A stretch of 63,245 bases of DNA, the filler included, from Choristocarpus tenellus KU-1152 (Eukaryota; Protista; Phaeophyceae): assembly GCA_964200185.2 (NCBI GenBank). It is 12 parts of 12 records of this genome, joined end to end, with 100 filler letters (N's around TTAATTAATTAA, not from the genome) between each part and the next. Parts side by side here need not be neighbours in the genome. Positions count along the whole stretch, not along the records: positions 1 to 7,250 come from CAXNAD020006464.1; positions 7,351 to 10,081 come from CAXNAD020025236.1; positions 10,182 to 13,297 come from CAXNAD020022208.1; 9 more parts are not named here. One strand, given 5' to 3'. The position numbers and the translations under genes are program-made. Below are positions 1 to 11,989 of this stretch, piece by piece. The notes beneath the pieces were generated by a model. That model searched no databases, was not told the DNA's origin, and saw only the letters and a program-made list of their open reading frames with translations. The stretch's first letter is position 1. Each line of letters begins with the position of its first letter.

Positions 1-237
1 GGTAAGAAATGGAATGGTGGAGGACGTGGTGTTGCGAAGGCACACTATCAACTCCGTGTCTGGCAACTACTTTGTAGGTTGTATTTCCAAGAGGGAGCAC
101 AGATGGGGCGTGGTAAATATATCTATGACTCGCATGCAGAATGGTGCATAGGTGAAGGATTTCGATGAAGCGAGGATTGGAGGAGAGCAATTCTAGGGGT
201 GAGTTTCTGAGGACTCTGTGAGTGCATACTCTCTCAC

Positions 238-409
238 AGGTCTTGCTGGCCTTCTTCTTGCTCTTTTTGGATCTGGATCTGGCTCTGGACTGTCGCTTTT
301 GGGGAGCCGTCTCTTCCAAAATTTTATCCTTCGCTTTGCGCTCGAGGTAGGTTTGCTGCAGCCACCATAGTCCAGTCAGGAAGAAACAGACAAGGATCAG
401 GAAGTGCAT
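238..409 (-). CDS. Candidate first exon of an unknown membrane-anchored protein
   Basis: ATG at 409, just after an in-frame stop, gives MHFLILVCFFLTGLWWLQQTYLERKAKDKILEETAPQKRQSRARSRSKKSKKKASKT (hydrophobic anchor + basic tract), then a GTGAGA donor. The frame stays open to the window edge, so it is absent from the ORF track. Confidence 0.35.
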
Positions 410-1399
410 CGTCCATTAAGCAGCGAGGGAGGGCCGTCCCCCAACCAGCAAGGCCTCGGAGGACACTATCCCGAGTTATGTATTCCAAATTTCAACGGAT
501 TATATGCTAGACTCAGTCTAATCTTTCTTCGTGCAGTCGTGCTGATGTTTCCAAGAAAGGTATGGGTTGTTGTCTCAGGACGAAGTCCTCATCTAGCGGA
601 ACCCCATGTGCCCCCCGAACGTTTCTGGATCTTAGCTCCTAGCCTGCCAGGAGACGATTCTACAGTGAGGTTCGCTTGATCCCTCTATTTGGAAGGTTCT
701 ATAGGTCTAGTCAGTTCACAATAGAGGATAGAGGATAGACCGTGAACGACACTTTCCATGCCAGTACCATAAAGTATACCAATCCAATGTTATTTACAAA
801 CTTCACATCATCAACAACCCTGCGCGCCAGACATTCGTGTACGCGTAAAGTTCAAGGTTATGGATAGTTGAGAAACAGATCTGATCGTTGTACCTGGGAG
901 AAATTCATTGTGATTAATTGGGTGTTGACAAATACGGATAGATACATCGGCATAGTCGTGTCTAAGTCATCAGTCGTAGATTGTGCGCTTCTTGTAGCAA
1001 ACGTTGCTATACTCGTTGGTATGATCCATGACGAAAATTGACAGATTATGGCACATCACATGGTGGATACTAGTGTGTTACTCTGGGAAAGCTGAAAGTA
1101 GGGTAATGTGATCAGAGGTGTGGTAAATAGGGATACACACATTTGTAGCCCTACTCCTTGGTATCCGTAATGGCATTGACGGATTAATGGTATCTAGTGT
1201 GATGCTGCGTGAAAGTTATCATATCGGACCTAGCGTGGTAATCAGGGCTGGTACATAGGAATGGATACACTGGTTTGTAGTCATGTTGAGTGATCAATAG
1301 TCATAATGTGCACCACTCTTGTCGCAAACGTTGTTGTCCGAGTTTGGCATAATACCGTCCCACTAGGTACCCAATTACGAAGAGGGTTAATACTCTAAC

Positions 1400-3400
1400 A
1401 TGCTGCCGTCATGAACTTAAACTCTTGGCGGGACAAATCACAGGTCGCATCAGCATGTGAGCATGTCGGAGGAGGAGAGTGCTCGTACGCCGTATGCCGT
1501 GATCTTTCAGTCCAATTTAGTCCGTCGGAACTAGATGTAACAATGTAGTAGCAATCGGGCATTAACACTGACATGGCGTATGTGTACAGGATGAATGAAA
1601 ACTTGAAGCACTTTGATGACAATTGACCAGTTGGGGCTAGAACGTGTAGAATAGGCCCCACATAGTTGGAGTACATTGCGTGTCTCGCTGCTTCCGCCGA
1701 GATAAATTCAACCTCCATTTCCACTTCTGGGGTAAAATCAGAAGTTGCAGCTACCATGGGACTGGTATGAAGGAAGGTAGCACAAGGATATCGAATGCTG
1801 CAGTCTTTCTTGTCAAACATTACCCTTCGGAACTAGAGGTTAACAAGATCTAGGAAGTTCTTGTAGACATCATGCATGGATACGTGAAGCCCTTCTTGCG
1901 ATAATTGACTAGTTGTATTGGAACGGTGTGGATTTGGCCCTGGGCACACCAAGTTGGTTTGTATGTGGAGGAAATCCGCGCAGAGGACGAAACCCAAAGA
2001 ATTTCCCCTTGATGCTGACGATGAAAGACCGTCCTAGTGTCTATGCCTCAAGCTATTCACACAGGTTTATGCCCTATTTAAGTGACAAAACTTGATGAGA
2101 ATGTTGTGAGCTCTGGAGGGACTATGGACAGCAAATAACATCTCTTGGGGGATAATGGAAAATGGGTCGTTCTAAAGGAGCGATATTGTATGGCTCTATC
2201 CGTGCTTCAACATAAATGTAAAAAGGGGTGGGTGGGGAGAGAGAAAATATATCGGCGGAAAAGCGGGTGGTGGGCGTTCACAGAGTGTGATATTTTTTGG
2301 TTTTCGGCATAGGATAGGCCAGAAGATAGGGAGGGAGTAGGTACTAGGAGGACAATGTAGAATTGAGGGGGGGAAGGTGGTAGAACTGCTGGACAACTCA
2401 CTGAAATAGTGGGAGGAAGATATGCAGAAAGTGGTATCGTGGTCAGGGATAAGATAGGGTAAAATAATTTAAGGTTTGGATTTGAGGGAAATGATATGAC
2501 CCACAAGTAGATAGCATATCAGGCATGTGATACAGAAAAAGTAGCAGTTGATGGAAATAAATACCCAACCATGATTGCAGTAGAATAGTAATAACAATAT
2601 CAAAAAAGAAAAGAATAACATTTGGGGCAATGGCAGTGTACCTTGGGATAGCGAGGGGTTGGTCACTTAAGGGAGAACACATCCAAGGAAAGGAGAATAT
2701 GTTGGCAGATGGAATATCTAGGTGGGTTAAGGACAAGGTTCAAACGAGAAATCGCATCACTCTTTTAACCTTCTTGTCCACATGTTAGTTGGTAGGAGCA
2801 ATCCTTGAGTCATCAATGGATAACACTGTGTTCGAGGTCGAATTCTGTACACAGAAGGACCTAAGAATCTGGCTTGATCCAAGTAGTCGGGAGGTGTGGG
2901 TGGGGAAGTCCCGTGTAGAATTTATGTGTCTTTGTTCTGGGAGTAAGGGCGATAACATTGGTAGAGTAAGGAGTAAGATGTTTGCAATCCAATACTTCCA
3001 CAAACACTTCTTGGATTTCTCGTTGTCGACAATACTTTTCCTTTCTTTGATCTGCATCAAAAGGCGTATAGGAAGAAGTCATGCAAAGCTTTGGACTCAG
3101 CCTAGTGTTAGGACACCAATAGAATGTGTGTGGAGAATCTGGACATCGTGTGAAGTGATTGCGCTGTGCAGGGGAATCAACAAGGTTGGGGTTAGGTTTC
3201 ACTCTCTCCTTCTTACATAGAGCACCAGGGTTGTGGGCTTGTGATGGAGGAGGGGGGTACATTGGGATTTTTCGGGAAGGAGAGGAGATGTATCTAGTGT
3301 GTGGAAAACGGGTCATGAGATTGGACTGGAAAAAATGAACAATTGGCAGACAAGGTAGGGGTAACATTTTCGGGGTCGAAAGGGGTTTCAAGATAGGAAG
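1400..3400 (+). mobile_element. Decayed tyrosine-recombinase retrotransposon (DIRS/Ngaro-like): RT/RNase H remnants plus recombinase N-terminal half
   Basis: RNase H end motif EHIQGKENMLADGISRW (~2674-2726). ORF 2789-3220 (FMCLCSGSKG...RSKMFAIQYFHKHF...KRRIGRSHAK...VRTPI), followed in a shifted frame by GFTLSFLHRAPGLWA, resembles DIRS-type YR. Many stops and frameshifts; boundaries approximate. Confidence 0.6.
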
Positions 3401-3459
3401 GGTGTGTTGAAAAGCTTAACGCATGAAAGACTCGTCGCCCAAAGGCGCTGGTTGAGTTA

Positions 3460-3630
3460 GACCCAAAGCAACTGGGGGGGGGGGGGGGGGGGTCTACACC
3501 AGGGTGTCGATTTGGACCATAACCACGAATACATTATCCATCCGACACATGAAACCAAATCGCCCAAAAATCGCGACATGAAAAATCGGCCCCAAATGGA
3601 CAGCCGCCACACTCCCCGAGATACTTTATT
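3460..3630 (+). mobile_element. MITE family B copy (degenerate right end)
   Basis: GACCCAAAG..poly-G..CTACACCAGGGTGTC..CCCAAATGGACAGCCGCC..AGATACTTT; homologous to 25256-25440. Confidence 0.8.
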
Positions 3631-3639
3631 TAAGCCTTA

Positions 3640-4760
3640 TATGGTGAACATGCACCAAATATTATCCGCTGGGTATCAATAATCTCAGACATATGACCAA
3701 AGACTGACCCATCATACCACTATGTACGTTGCTACTGTCTTGTACCGAACCAGAGATAAACGTACATGAAACTATGTTATATACTTATATCAGCACACAC
3801 AATGTAAGAATAAACACTAGGTTATTGGACACCTTCCCCTTGCTTAAAACAAGTATTGACTCTTGAACAATCACAACAACCAACACAAACAAAAAATACA
3901 CACATGTTATCACTCTACATGTTTATCAAAAACTTTGCATGTTGGCTAAAAACTCTGGCGGGCAAATTCTTGGTCAACACATTTGCCCTCTGGTTGCTGT
4001 ACCAACAAAAATAACACGAATATCTCCGTTTCTAGCAACGCCCCTCAAAGAATGGTGTCGGACGTCAATGTGCTTTGTTCTAGTAGAGCTTGTGGTATTT
4101 CGTACTAGTTTGCATGCACCATCGTTGTCCTCAAACATGTCAAACCAACATCTATGGAACTGTGGCTGAATAAACTCAAAAGCACTTTGCACGAAAAGCA
4201 ATTTCTGTGCCACACTGCTAAGGGCTACATACACTCTTTCTGTAGAGGACAGATCTACAATCGTTTGTACCTTTGAAATCCAAGGTATTACTCCTCCTGC
4301 AAACGTTATTGTTTCTCCAGTCACTGACCTACGATCATTGCAATCTCCACAGCATAAGCACAAATAGCATCAGCATATGCACTCAACTCACGCTCAGTAT
4401 CACAACCACCAAAACTCAATCCAACACTGGGACACGTCTTCAAATATGCTGAAATATACTTATCTGCACGCCAATGTATAAGTCTGGGATTACTACTGTA
4501 CTTGGCAGCTTCACGAACTGCATTTGTAATGCCTAACCTTGTCATAACAGCTGCCCACATCAAACTACCAACTGCCTCTCTGTATGGTGTATTTCATTAA
4601 CATGTGGACGATCCTCGTTCTCGTCTCTAAAGTCCTTGAGAGATATTGGGTACTGCCCGCTTCCTTGCCCCATCCATACCAATTCTTGACAGATACTCTT
4701 GACGTACTTATTCTGACTAATGCTGACTCGACTTGTTTCTGAATCCTCTTCCATAAGTTC
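3640..4760 (-). mobile_element. Copia LTR retrotransposon 3' part (RT C-terminus, RNase H, PPT, 3' LTR), pseudogenised
   Basis: Minus-strand peptides LSAYADA, VIPWISKVQTIVDLSSTE, MFEDNDGACKL, RTKHIDVRHH are Copia RNase H hallmarks. Polypurine tract AAGGGGAAGG (3841-3832) is directly followed by TG at the presumed LTR start (3831). Confidence 0.85.
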
Positions 4761-4779
4761 ATGTTCCTGGCACGAGTTC

Positions 4780-5100
4780 ATAGTCCTAACGGCAAGAGTG
4801 CTCCCAGGCTCCTTGCGGTTTCCTGCGCTTCGTGTTGCAGGGAAAATATCGCGAATGGGGCAGCACATCGAATGATGTCCCTCGTACGCTAACTGACACA
4901 ATGATGTTGCAAGTAATGGTTTTGTGATCTGGTCGTCGTCGTCCAGTGAATCCAACATAGCGATTTGTAGAACTTGCTAAGACATTTCATGCCCCATTTA
5001 TGCCATCTGGCTTGCCCAGATAAGCATAGTGGTGAAGGTGATTTGGGGGTCGGACTCCCGGAGCATTTTGATGTTCATAACCATCTTTCGTAGTCTCTGG
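4780..5100 (-). mobile_element. Gag-like remnant with a degenerate zinc knuckle
   Basis: CQLAYEGHHSMCCP. Shares GGC.AGAGTGCTCCCAGGCTCC..GCGGTT with ~17800 in the gag remnant of another contig. Confidence 0.45.
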
Positions 5101-5112
5101 CTATTTCCTTAT

Positions 5113-5374
5113 GAGCCAAAGTATCTTGGAGGGTAGGGCCGCGTACATTTGAGGGTCAAAATCCAATGTTGCAATTTTGATGTAATTTTGGCTATCATGT
5201 TTGATAAGGGGTGCCAATATCCTTGTTCCGGACACTCCTTTTCAAAACGTACACATTTTTACCTACTCGGAAAGATTTTGGGATAGTTAAAATGTCATTA
5301 GAAACGCGTGGGAGGCCAAGCCCCAAATGGACAAACAGGGCAAAAAATTCGTACCCTCTCAAATACTTTGGCTC
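5113..5374 (+). mobile_element. MITE family A copy, TSD TTAT
   Basis: GAGCCAAAGTATCTT...AAATACTTTGGCTC with TTAT at 5109-5112 and 5375-5378. Confidence 0.95.
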
Positions 5375-5759
5375 TTATCCGAGTGGATAATAAAATTTTC
5401 CCTCAACTGCTTCCAAGTCTCCGGTGGTAACGCTACAATACGGAGAATGCACCTGTAGAAGCCATTGGTACTTCTCAACAAAATGTCTTATGCCTATTTG
5501 ACCTTGGTGACCTCATCTTCACTCCTATCCTTCCCCTTGATGAAGTTGAAATCGCCCACTCTGATAGGTTCCTCCCTGTCATCTAATGCATCATCGAGAA
5601 CACATTTTGTGCCCTAGAAGACACGCGTTGTGGCTAACCAGTCTGCATGGTTTTTATCCGTCAGTTGGAGGAGTTTGGTACGAAACCCATCACCGACCAT
5701 GAGCGATGTAAACCAAACCTAAACCAATCCAGTTTGGCTGCGCCTCCTCTACTAGAGTA

Positions 5760-6022
5760 TTTTTCAGATGTGTCTGGGGAAAAACCAATGAAAACTATTC
5801 ACATGTGCAGAAAAATCCCTAAAAAAGTAACAGTTGTCATAAATGTGAAAAACAATAATCAATTTACTATTTTACTACCAGGTATGCTGTACCACTGCCT
5901 TCCTGTGCCTCCAACCTACCTTATTCCTGCACCCCAGGGTGAGGAGCTAAGGAAGCATCCCAAGAATCTAACAAGCCCTTCCTTCCTCATCTCCCTGATG
6001 TCTCCAGATTAAAACGCATGAT
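5760..6022 (+). repeat. Dispersed repeat family C (unclassified)
   Basis: Closely similar to 25905-26170, and to ~10480-10765 on the opposite strand (GAAGCATCCCAAGAATCT core). Confidence 0.85.
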
Positions 6023-6699
6023 ACATATATATGGCGGAAACTGTATTATACACACTTATGATGTTAGTTGATTGTAAGATATACTCAATTTCTCGGTTCT
6101 TGTTATTTCCCGCGGGGAATTTGAATTTTATATGGTGTAGGTGATGGTTAGATGATTTTGATGGTAATGGGAAAGTTTATAAAGTATTCTGAGTTTTGTA
6201 GGTGGAAGGATCCTGGCTGATTGGGGGCACTGTGCAAGGAAGGAGACATATGAAAAAAAATTAAGGAGGGAACGAAGAGTTAAAGATTGAGTTGTTGACA
6301 GAGGGAGGGGAGTCGTCAAGAATATAGGTGGCAGGCAGAGGAGTGAGGGGAGAAGGAGTGGACAGTATTGAATCGAAGAGGAAACCTGGGGCTGGGGTGG
6401 CAAGATGAGGAGGGCTAGATCAAGAGGAACCCTGAGCAAGATTTCCCGCCCACCCACCCTGTCTCTTGCTCACGGCCGACTTGGATCTTAGGGTGAGAGG
6501 GGAGGTCCAGTTCGGGCATGGTAAATGTCTTCTAGCTCAAAGGCACGGTATGAAGGGGGTGATGAACGGGTGTTCTTGGATGATTGTGGAGTGGTATTGA
6601 GTGGTGTTCAATGGTGTGGTGGAAAGTGGAAAGTGGGGTGGGATTGACTGGAGTGGTAACTCGTGTGGGGTTGAGTGGGGTTGAATAGGGTTGAAAGGG

Positions 6700-7025
6700 G
6701 TGGTAGAGACCGGAAACCAGTGGCGAAAGGGGTCGCATTTCATTGTATAGGGGGGGTGACTGGAAATCAATGGTGAAGGGGTTGCACTGGCTGCTCATCG
6801 GATGTGGGGGGTGACGAAAATTAAGTGGCGAAGGGGGTTCGCCCTGGTTGGTCATCAGATGTGGGAGGTGACTGGAAATCAGGAGTGAATGGGGGTTCGC
6901 CCTGGTTGGTCATCAGATGTAGGGGGTGACTGGAAATCAGTGGTGAAAGGGGCTCGCCCTGGTTGGTCATCAGAGGTGGACGGTGGTTGGAAATCAATGG
7001 CGAAGATGTCGCACTGGTTGGTGAC
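6700..7025. repeat. Minisatellite, ~57-bp unit, about 5-6 copies
   Basis: Unit GGGGGTGACTGGAAATCAGTGGTGAAGGGGGTTCGCCCTGGTTGGTCATCAGATGT repeated in tandem. Confidence 0.9.
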
Positions 7026-7250
7026 AAGGGTTGTTAGAATGTGGGGAGAAAAGGAAATAGGGAGAAATGGAAACATAGATTAAGAATAATAATAATAATC
7101 CAGAATTCGTGAGCAAAACAAAATACCCAATTGCTCAGCTCTTGTTTCTTCCCGCGCGGAATTTCAATTCTACAATTATTGAATCGTGTGATTCTCTTGT
7201 GGCGTGGTTCACTCAGGCAAGGGTGGTGAAGAGAATCACCGGGCAAGACG

Positions 7251-7350
7251 NNNNNNNNNNNNNNNNNNNNNNNNNNNNNNNNNNNNNNNNNNNNTTAATT
7301 AATTAANNNNNNNNNNNNNNNNNNNNNNNNNNNNNNNNNNNNNNNNNNNN
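7251..7350. other. Artificial contig linker (also 10082-10181, 13298-13397, 17144-17243, 24043-24142, 28638-28737, 34662-34761, 39774-39873, 51633-51732, 54404-54503, 60355-60454)
   Basis: The same 44N-TTAATTAATTAA-44N block, with stops in all six frames, occurs 11 times. Confidence 0.99.
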
Positions 7351-9356
7351 TTTTTTTTTTTTTTTTTTTTGTGTATTCCTTGTTTTTTTCCCCCCCCCCC
7401 CCCCCCCCCAGATACTTTGGGTCTGCATGACCCGTCTGGATAGGGCTACCTGTGTTGTGACAGAAACTTTGTGTCGTAAACGGGGTTTGACAGCCCCCTT
7501 CCTGCTACAACCTCCCATCCCTCTCCTACTATTGTTTAGAAATGTGAATGGATGGTACGGATTTATGTCTACAAGAAAAATCGGATGGAATTTCTTACAT
7601 GTTTGGTTTTTGGAAACAAAATCAAAACGCACACGATTCTCGCGAATCGAAGCTGCTGTGGGCAGACCCCGCATAAGCTCGAGAATAACCAATCAGGCGT
7701 TACCCCTTCTAATTCCGGTTTCGATTGATCGTGATGTAATCGAATTGTACCAATCTGGATGAATCCCTAAAAAGTATCTAATAGGGTGTTTGCACAAATA
7801 AACACGTACCCTGGAGAAATCAGCAGACAAAGTTTTTCTTCTGTGGTGCTCCAGAGTACAAAACAACCCACCAAATCTCAAAATTGCTCCAAGAGGGAAA
7901 CGAAAATATTAAATCGCGCACGACCAGTATGTTTCTTTTTCTAGACAACGCACGATTATGTGTGGAGGACTTCTGAAGGAGGTTGGTGATGACCTAACTG
8001 CCTCATGGGGGGAAAGGTGAACAGATTTACACGCCTTGTAGTGAAGCAGTTGAGGGCACGGCAATAACCAGAAGTTGGCTCTATTCTGCCAAAGAATAGG
8101 CAACAGTTTGCTACCCACCCAGCCAGTTACCCGAGCCAAATCTCGTTTGGGGAACCTTCACAATCACGTGTCTAAAACCCCCTCACAAAATCGAACAGCG
8201 TACTCCATTCCACCCTAAAATGACTGCCCTGGTGCGTAATTTAAAAGCTTTGCTCCCTAAAACACCCGTTTACCATTTTGACAAATGCTGTACGAATTGA
8301 ATTACTTTGTGGAAATAAATATAGATGTACGAACTGCTGAGTGCATTGGTATGTTTTGAAGTATTTTTAAATTATGTAAAAAATAGTAATAAACAGAATG
8401 TTCGTGAGATCAGGAACGGATTATGAGGTAAGGAATGAGAAATGTTTCGAAACCATCCTTCAGGCCGCCGATCAATTTCAGTGTGAAAGCTTTCAAATGG
8501 CCAGATTCTTGAATTCGTCGGTTTTTTGGAGTGAAAGCTTGCCAACAGAAGAGGGAGAGCTCATCGATATTTTTGTGAAAGCTTTCAAATCGCCAAAATT
8601 TGTTAGCTATTACTTGTGGAGTGAGAGCTTGCAATCAGCGAAAGAAAATGGTGATAACCGATATTCTTGTTAAGGCGTTCAGATGACCGACCGACCATGG
8701 GAAGTCGGTATAGTAGTACAACTAGTGGTTTGAAATGTTGCCGTGAGCAAGCTCGCCATAGTATTTGTAAAGCTCTGTGTAGAATGTATGCATGTATGCT
8801 TGTATGCATTATTATGCACAACAGGGTCCCTCTATAAGCAGAGAATAAGATGGAGATTCCCCAGGTTCCACGCACAACAAGTAAAGTGTTGTGTTCCACA
8901 ATTTTGCACGAAAAAAACACTCTAGCAACAAATTCTACGCACACTTTTGTACTCCGTATAAATTACTTTCCGCTAGTACTTGTTGGGTTAGACTCCATCA
9001 CTCGGTCGTGGAATACACTTGTCTGCTCACGCATCCATCCGTGTCTTTTCATGAAACAAACTACGGACGAACCGACGCAATTCCCCGCCAGATGCCCTGC
9101 CAGATGCACAAAAAACATACAAAACGTGGTGGAGTCTATAGTTCCCACACATCTTCAGGGAAACACTGCATTTGAACCACGCCATCACGTCCTAACTTAC
9201 CCGTAATGTTTACGTGTCGTATGTTGACTAGGTTTGAATGCTACCGCTGTTTTGCGCACTTTAGTGACACGAGACGGCAATTCTAACAAGGCTGAACCCA
9301 CCGCCCCCCCGCCGCTAGCATTTGCCGGTGGCATCTCTCCGTTGTCCTACTCCTCC

Positions 9357-9613
9357 GAGTGAAAGTATCTTAGAGGGTACGAGATTTGCCCTGTTTGTCC
9401 ATTTGGGATTGACTTCCCATGGGGTTTTTTATGACATTTTCCTACTCCGAAATGTTTCCGAGTAGATAAAATGTTTATGTTGTGAAAAGGTGTGTCCGAA
9501 ACATACATATTGACACTTGCTAACAAACACAATATCTAAAATTACATCAAATTGCATCATTGGATTTTGACCCCCAAGTGGACGTGGCTCTACCCTCTAA
9601 GATACTTTGGCTC
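9357..9613 (-). mobile_element. MITE family A copy, TSD CTCC
   Basis: GAGTGAAAGTATCTT...AAGATACTTTGGCTC flanked by CTCC at 9353-9356 and 9614-9617. Confidence 0.95.
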
Positions 9614-10081
9614 CTCCTCGTCCTCCCCCTCCTCCTCCTTCTCCTTCTCCTCTTCCTCCTCCTTTTCATCGACCTCTGATGGAGGCTCAACGTTTTCTTC
9701 AACAGCGACCCATATTGCTGCCGGCAGTTTTCTGCTCGCCAACAAGGAGGGGAAAGTATAGCAGGCCGTACTCGCCGACTCTATACCCGTGTCAGGGACT
9801 CTCTTGTTGCTGCTGTCGTAGACGAAATCTGGCGACCACGAGCCTCTACCGTACATTGACCGCCTACGTGGAATCTTGCAAGTTTTTGGAGTATACCAGT
9901 GTACTCGAACCCCGTCCCCCTCCTCTCCGCCCAACTCTAGGCTCAAGATACGGCCAATCATAACTGAGCAGGGATTAGATGCTGCCATAGGGAAAACAAC
10001 AAACCACCCAACCTCCAAATGCACACCACCCCCTCCCCCCCCTGGCACAGGCGCCCCCCCCTCTGGTGGCTGCTCCCCACC
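9590..10081 (-). CDS. 3' end of an unknown protein: beta-rich (Tudor/SH3-like) domain plus acidic tail, possibly a transposase C-terminus
   Basis: Open frame HLEVGWFVVFP..VMIGRILSL..GVRVHWYTP..W.PDF..YTFPSL..KLP with an E-rich tail. The 5' part is cut by the contig end. Confidence 0.5.
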   Translation of the reverse strand, partial: GGEQPPEGGAPVPGGGGGGVHLEVGWFVVFPMAASNPCSVMIGRILSLELGGEEGDGVRVHWYTPKTCKIPRRRSMYGRGSWSPDFVYDSSNKRVPDTGIESASTACYTFPSLLASRKLPAAIWVAVEENVEPPSEVDEKEEEEEKEKEEEGEDEEEPKYLRG

Positions 10082-10799
10082 NNNNNNNNNNNNNNNNNNN
10101 NNNNNNNNNNNNNNNNNNNNNNNNNTTAATTAATTAANNNNNNNNNNNNNNNNNNNNNNNNNNNNNNNNNNNNNNNNNNNNCATGGAAAGCCAAGCCCCA
10201 AATGGACAAACAGGGCAAAACTCGTACCCTCTAAAATACTTTCACTGAGAATCTTCAAGCCGTTGGATACATACTCAAAGCACAAATCTTTCCTGCAACT
10301 TCTAGGAAATCAGCATTCATTCTGTAAGGTTATCTATGCATTACAGATCTTACTCCGTATCTTCTAGCAAATCGGAGTTCCTCTTGTAAGAATCCTTACG
10401 TGCGTACACTGCTCGCGCTTTTCTAGAATGCGAGAAAAAATGCTCGCGCTATTCACCTGTAACACAAGTGGCTCTCTCAAGACGGGTCATGCGTTTGTAG
10501 CTGGAGACACCGGGGAGATGAGCAAGGAGGGGTCTCTCAGATTCTTGGGATGCTTCCCTAGGTCCTCGCCTTGTAGCGTAGGGCTAAGTTAGGTTGAAGG
10601 CATAGGAGGGGAGTGTAGTATATAGCTGGTAGCAAAATAGTAAATAGATTTGGAGAGATATCACATTTTGTTTACTTTTTCACATTTACGGCAATTGTTA
10701 CTTTTTCATTTTCAGGGGTTCTTATGATATTGAATTGCCTTTTTCTCTAACAACTCTGGAAAATTTCTAAGAGCATAATAATACATTTATTCTACCAGT

Positions 10800-10960
10800 T
10801 AGGTCTGTGTCATCGTACCACCTGACAGAGTCACAAGTATGGCTCATGATACCACTATGTACAGTAGTAACATGCGTTGTACCGAACATAACATTAACGT
10901 ACATGAACGCTGTGTTACATACTTGTGTCAGCATACACAACGCACACATATAACACTACT
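10800..10960 (-). repeat. Copy of the Copia LTR sequence (solo LTR-like)
   Basis: TATGTAC..TTGTACCGAAC..AACGTACATGAA..TGTTA.ATACTT.T.TCAGCA.ACACAA matches 3720-3820. Confidence 0.6.
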
Positions 10961-11649
10961 GTAATTGCTGTAAAATCCTGAAGTTGCTGAAAAGCATAAA
11001 ATAACCTCCAACAAACAAGTAACACACAAACTTAATACTTCTATACGGCACCAGACCTTCGCCCTCTGGGGTTTTCCCGTCATAACCTTTGATGTGGACA
11101 TCGGATTAAAACAATAAAAGCATATTCGTGATGCCCATCACAAGACCCTCCAGATATCAGGATTCATATTTTTTTCACTAATTCTAATTTTGAAGAAAGA
11201 ACGCTTATATTGGGGTTCGATTCGTGGATTGTAGTTTTTGTAACTCTTTGACCTCTACAAGGATGTCCTCGTCGAGGGTCAGAACGAAACGCCTTTTGTA
11301 GCGCCCTTCCTCCGACAACTTGATTTTGCCCTCAGTTAGGAAGTCTCTTTCTCATTTACTCACAGTTTCCAACCTGAACATCGCATATCCTGCTGCCATC
11401 CCGAGCACTGTTTGACGGTCTTTTCTGTCATTCATGCACAAGTATAGGATTCGCAGTGTTAGAACCTTTACTATTACATTTCCTCCTTGAGCGCCGGAAA
11501 TGGGCGGCGTTCGTGTTTCCTGGGCGGGTGATATTTTATCAAGGTGCAAGGGCGAGAGAGGACAGGCTTGAGTTGATCGAAAATTGTGTTGATTTCTCGA
11601 ATGAATGCAGGTGGGGAGAGAGCCTTAATCAACTTTATACGTCCAACCA

Positions 11650-11909
11650 GAATGAAATTATCTTAGAGGGTACGAGTTTTGCCCTGCTTGTCCATTTGAG
11701 GCTTGGCTTCCCTCGGGATTATTATATGACATTTCCCTACTCCAAAATGTTTCAGAGTAGGTAAAATGGAAATGTTATGAAAAAATGTGTCCGAAACAAA
11801 GATATTGACACTTCCTAACAAACACGACAGCCAAAATTACATCAAAATCGCAAAATTGAATTTTGGTCCTCAAATGGACGCAGCTCTACCCTCTAAGATA
11901 CATTGGCTC
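11650..11909 (-). mobile_element. MITE family A copy
   Basis: Full-length homologue; flanks ACCA/ACCC. Confidence 0.9.
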
Positions 11910-11989
11910 ACCCTAAGTCCAGGAACAACAGTGAATGTACGGCATCTTGCAATACCTTTCACACCAAACCATCAGTGTGCAAATAGTCT

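Noticed and set aside
1395-1820. 141-aa minus-strand ORF containing SSDGLNW
   Set aside because: No other recognisable motif or splice support; it lies antisense within a decayed retroelement region.
5113-5374. MITEs acting as introners (intron-generating elements)
   Set aside because: The ends are GAG..CTC or GAC..GTC, not splice sites, and the exonic insertions at 9357, 32705 and 37705 disrupt or alter the frame.
7295-7306. Recurrent TTAATTAATTAA as a biological site, and ORFs containing X runs
   Set aside because: Synthetic concatenation linker. Neighbouring contigs should not be treated as adjacent.
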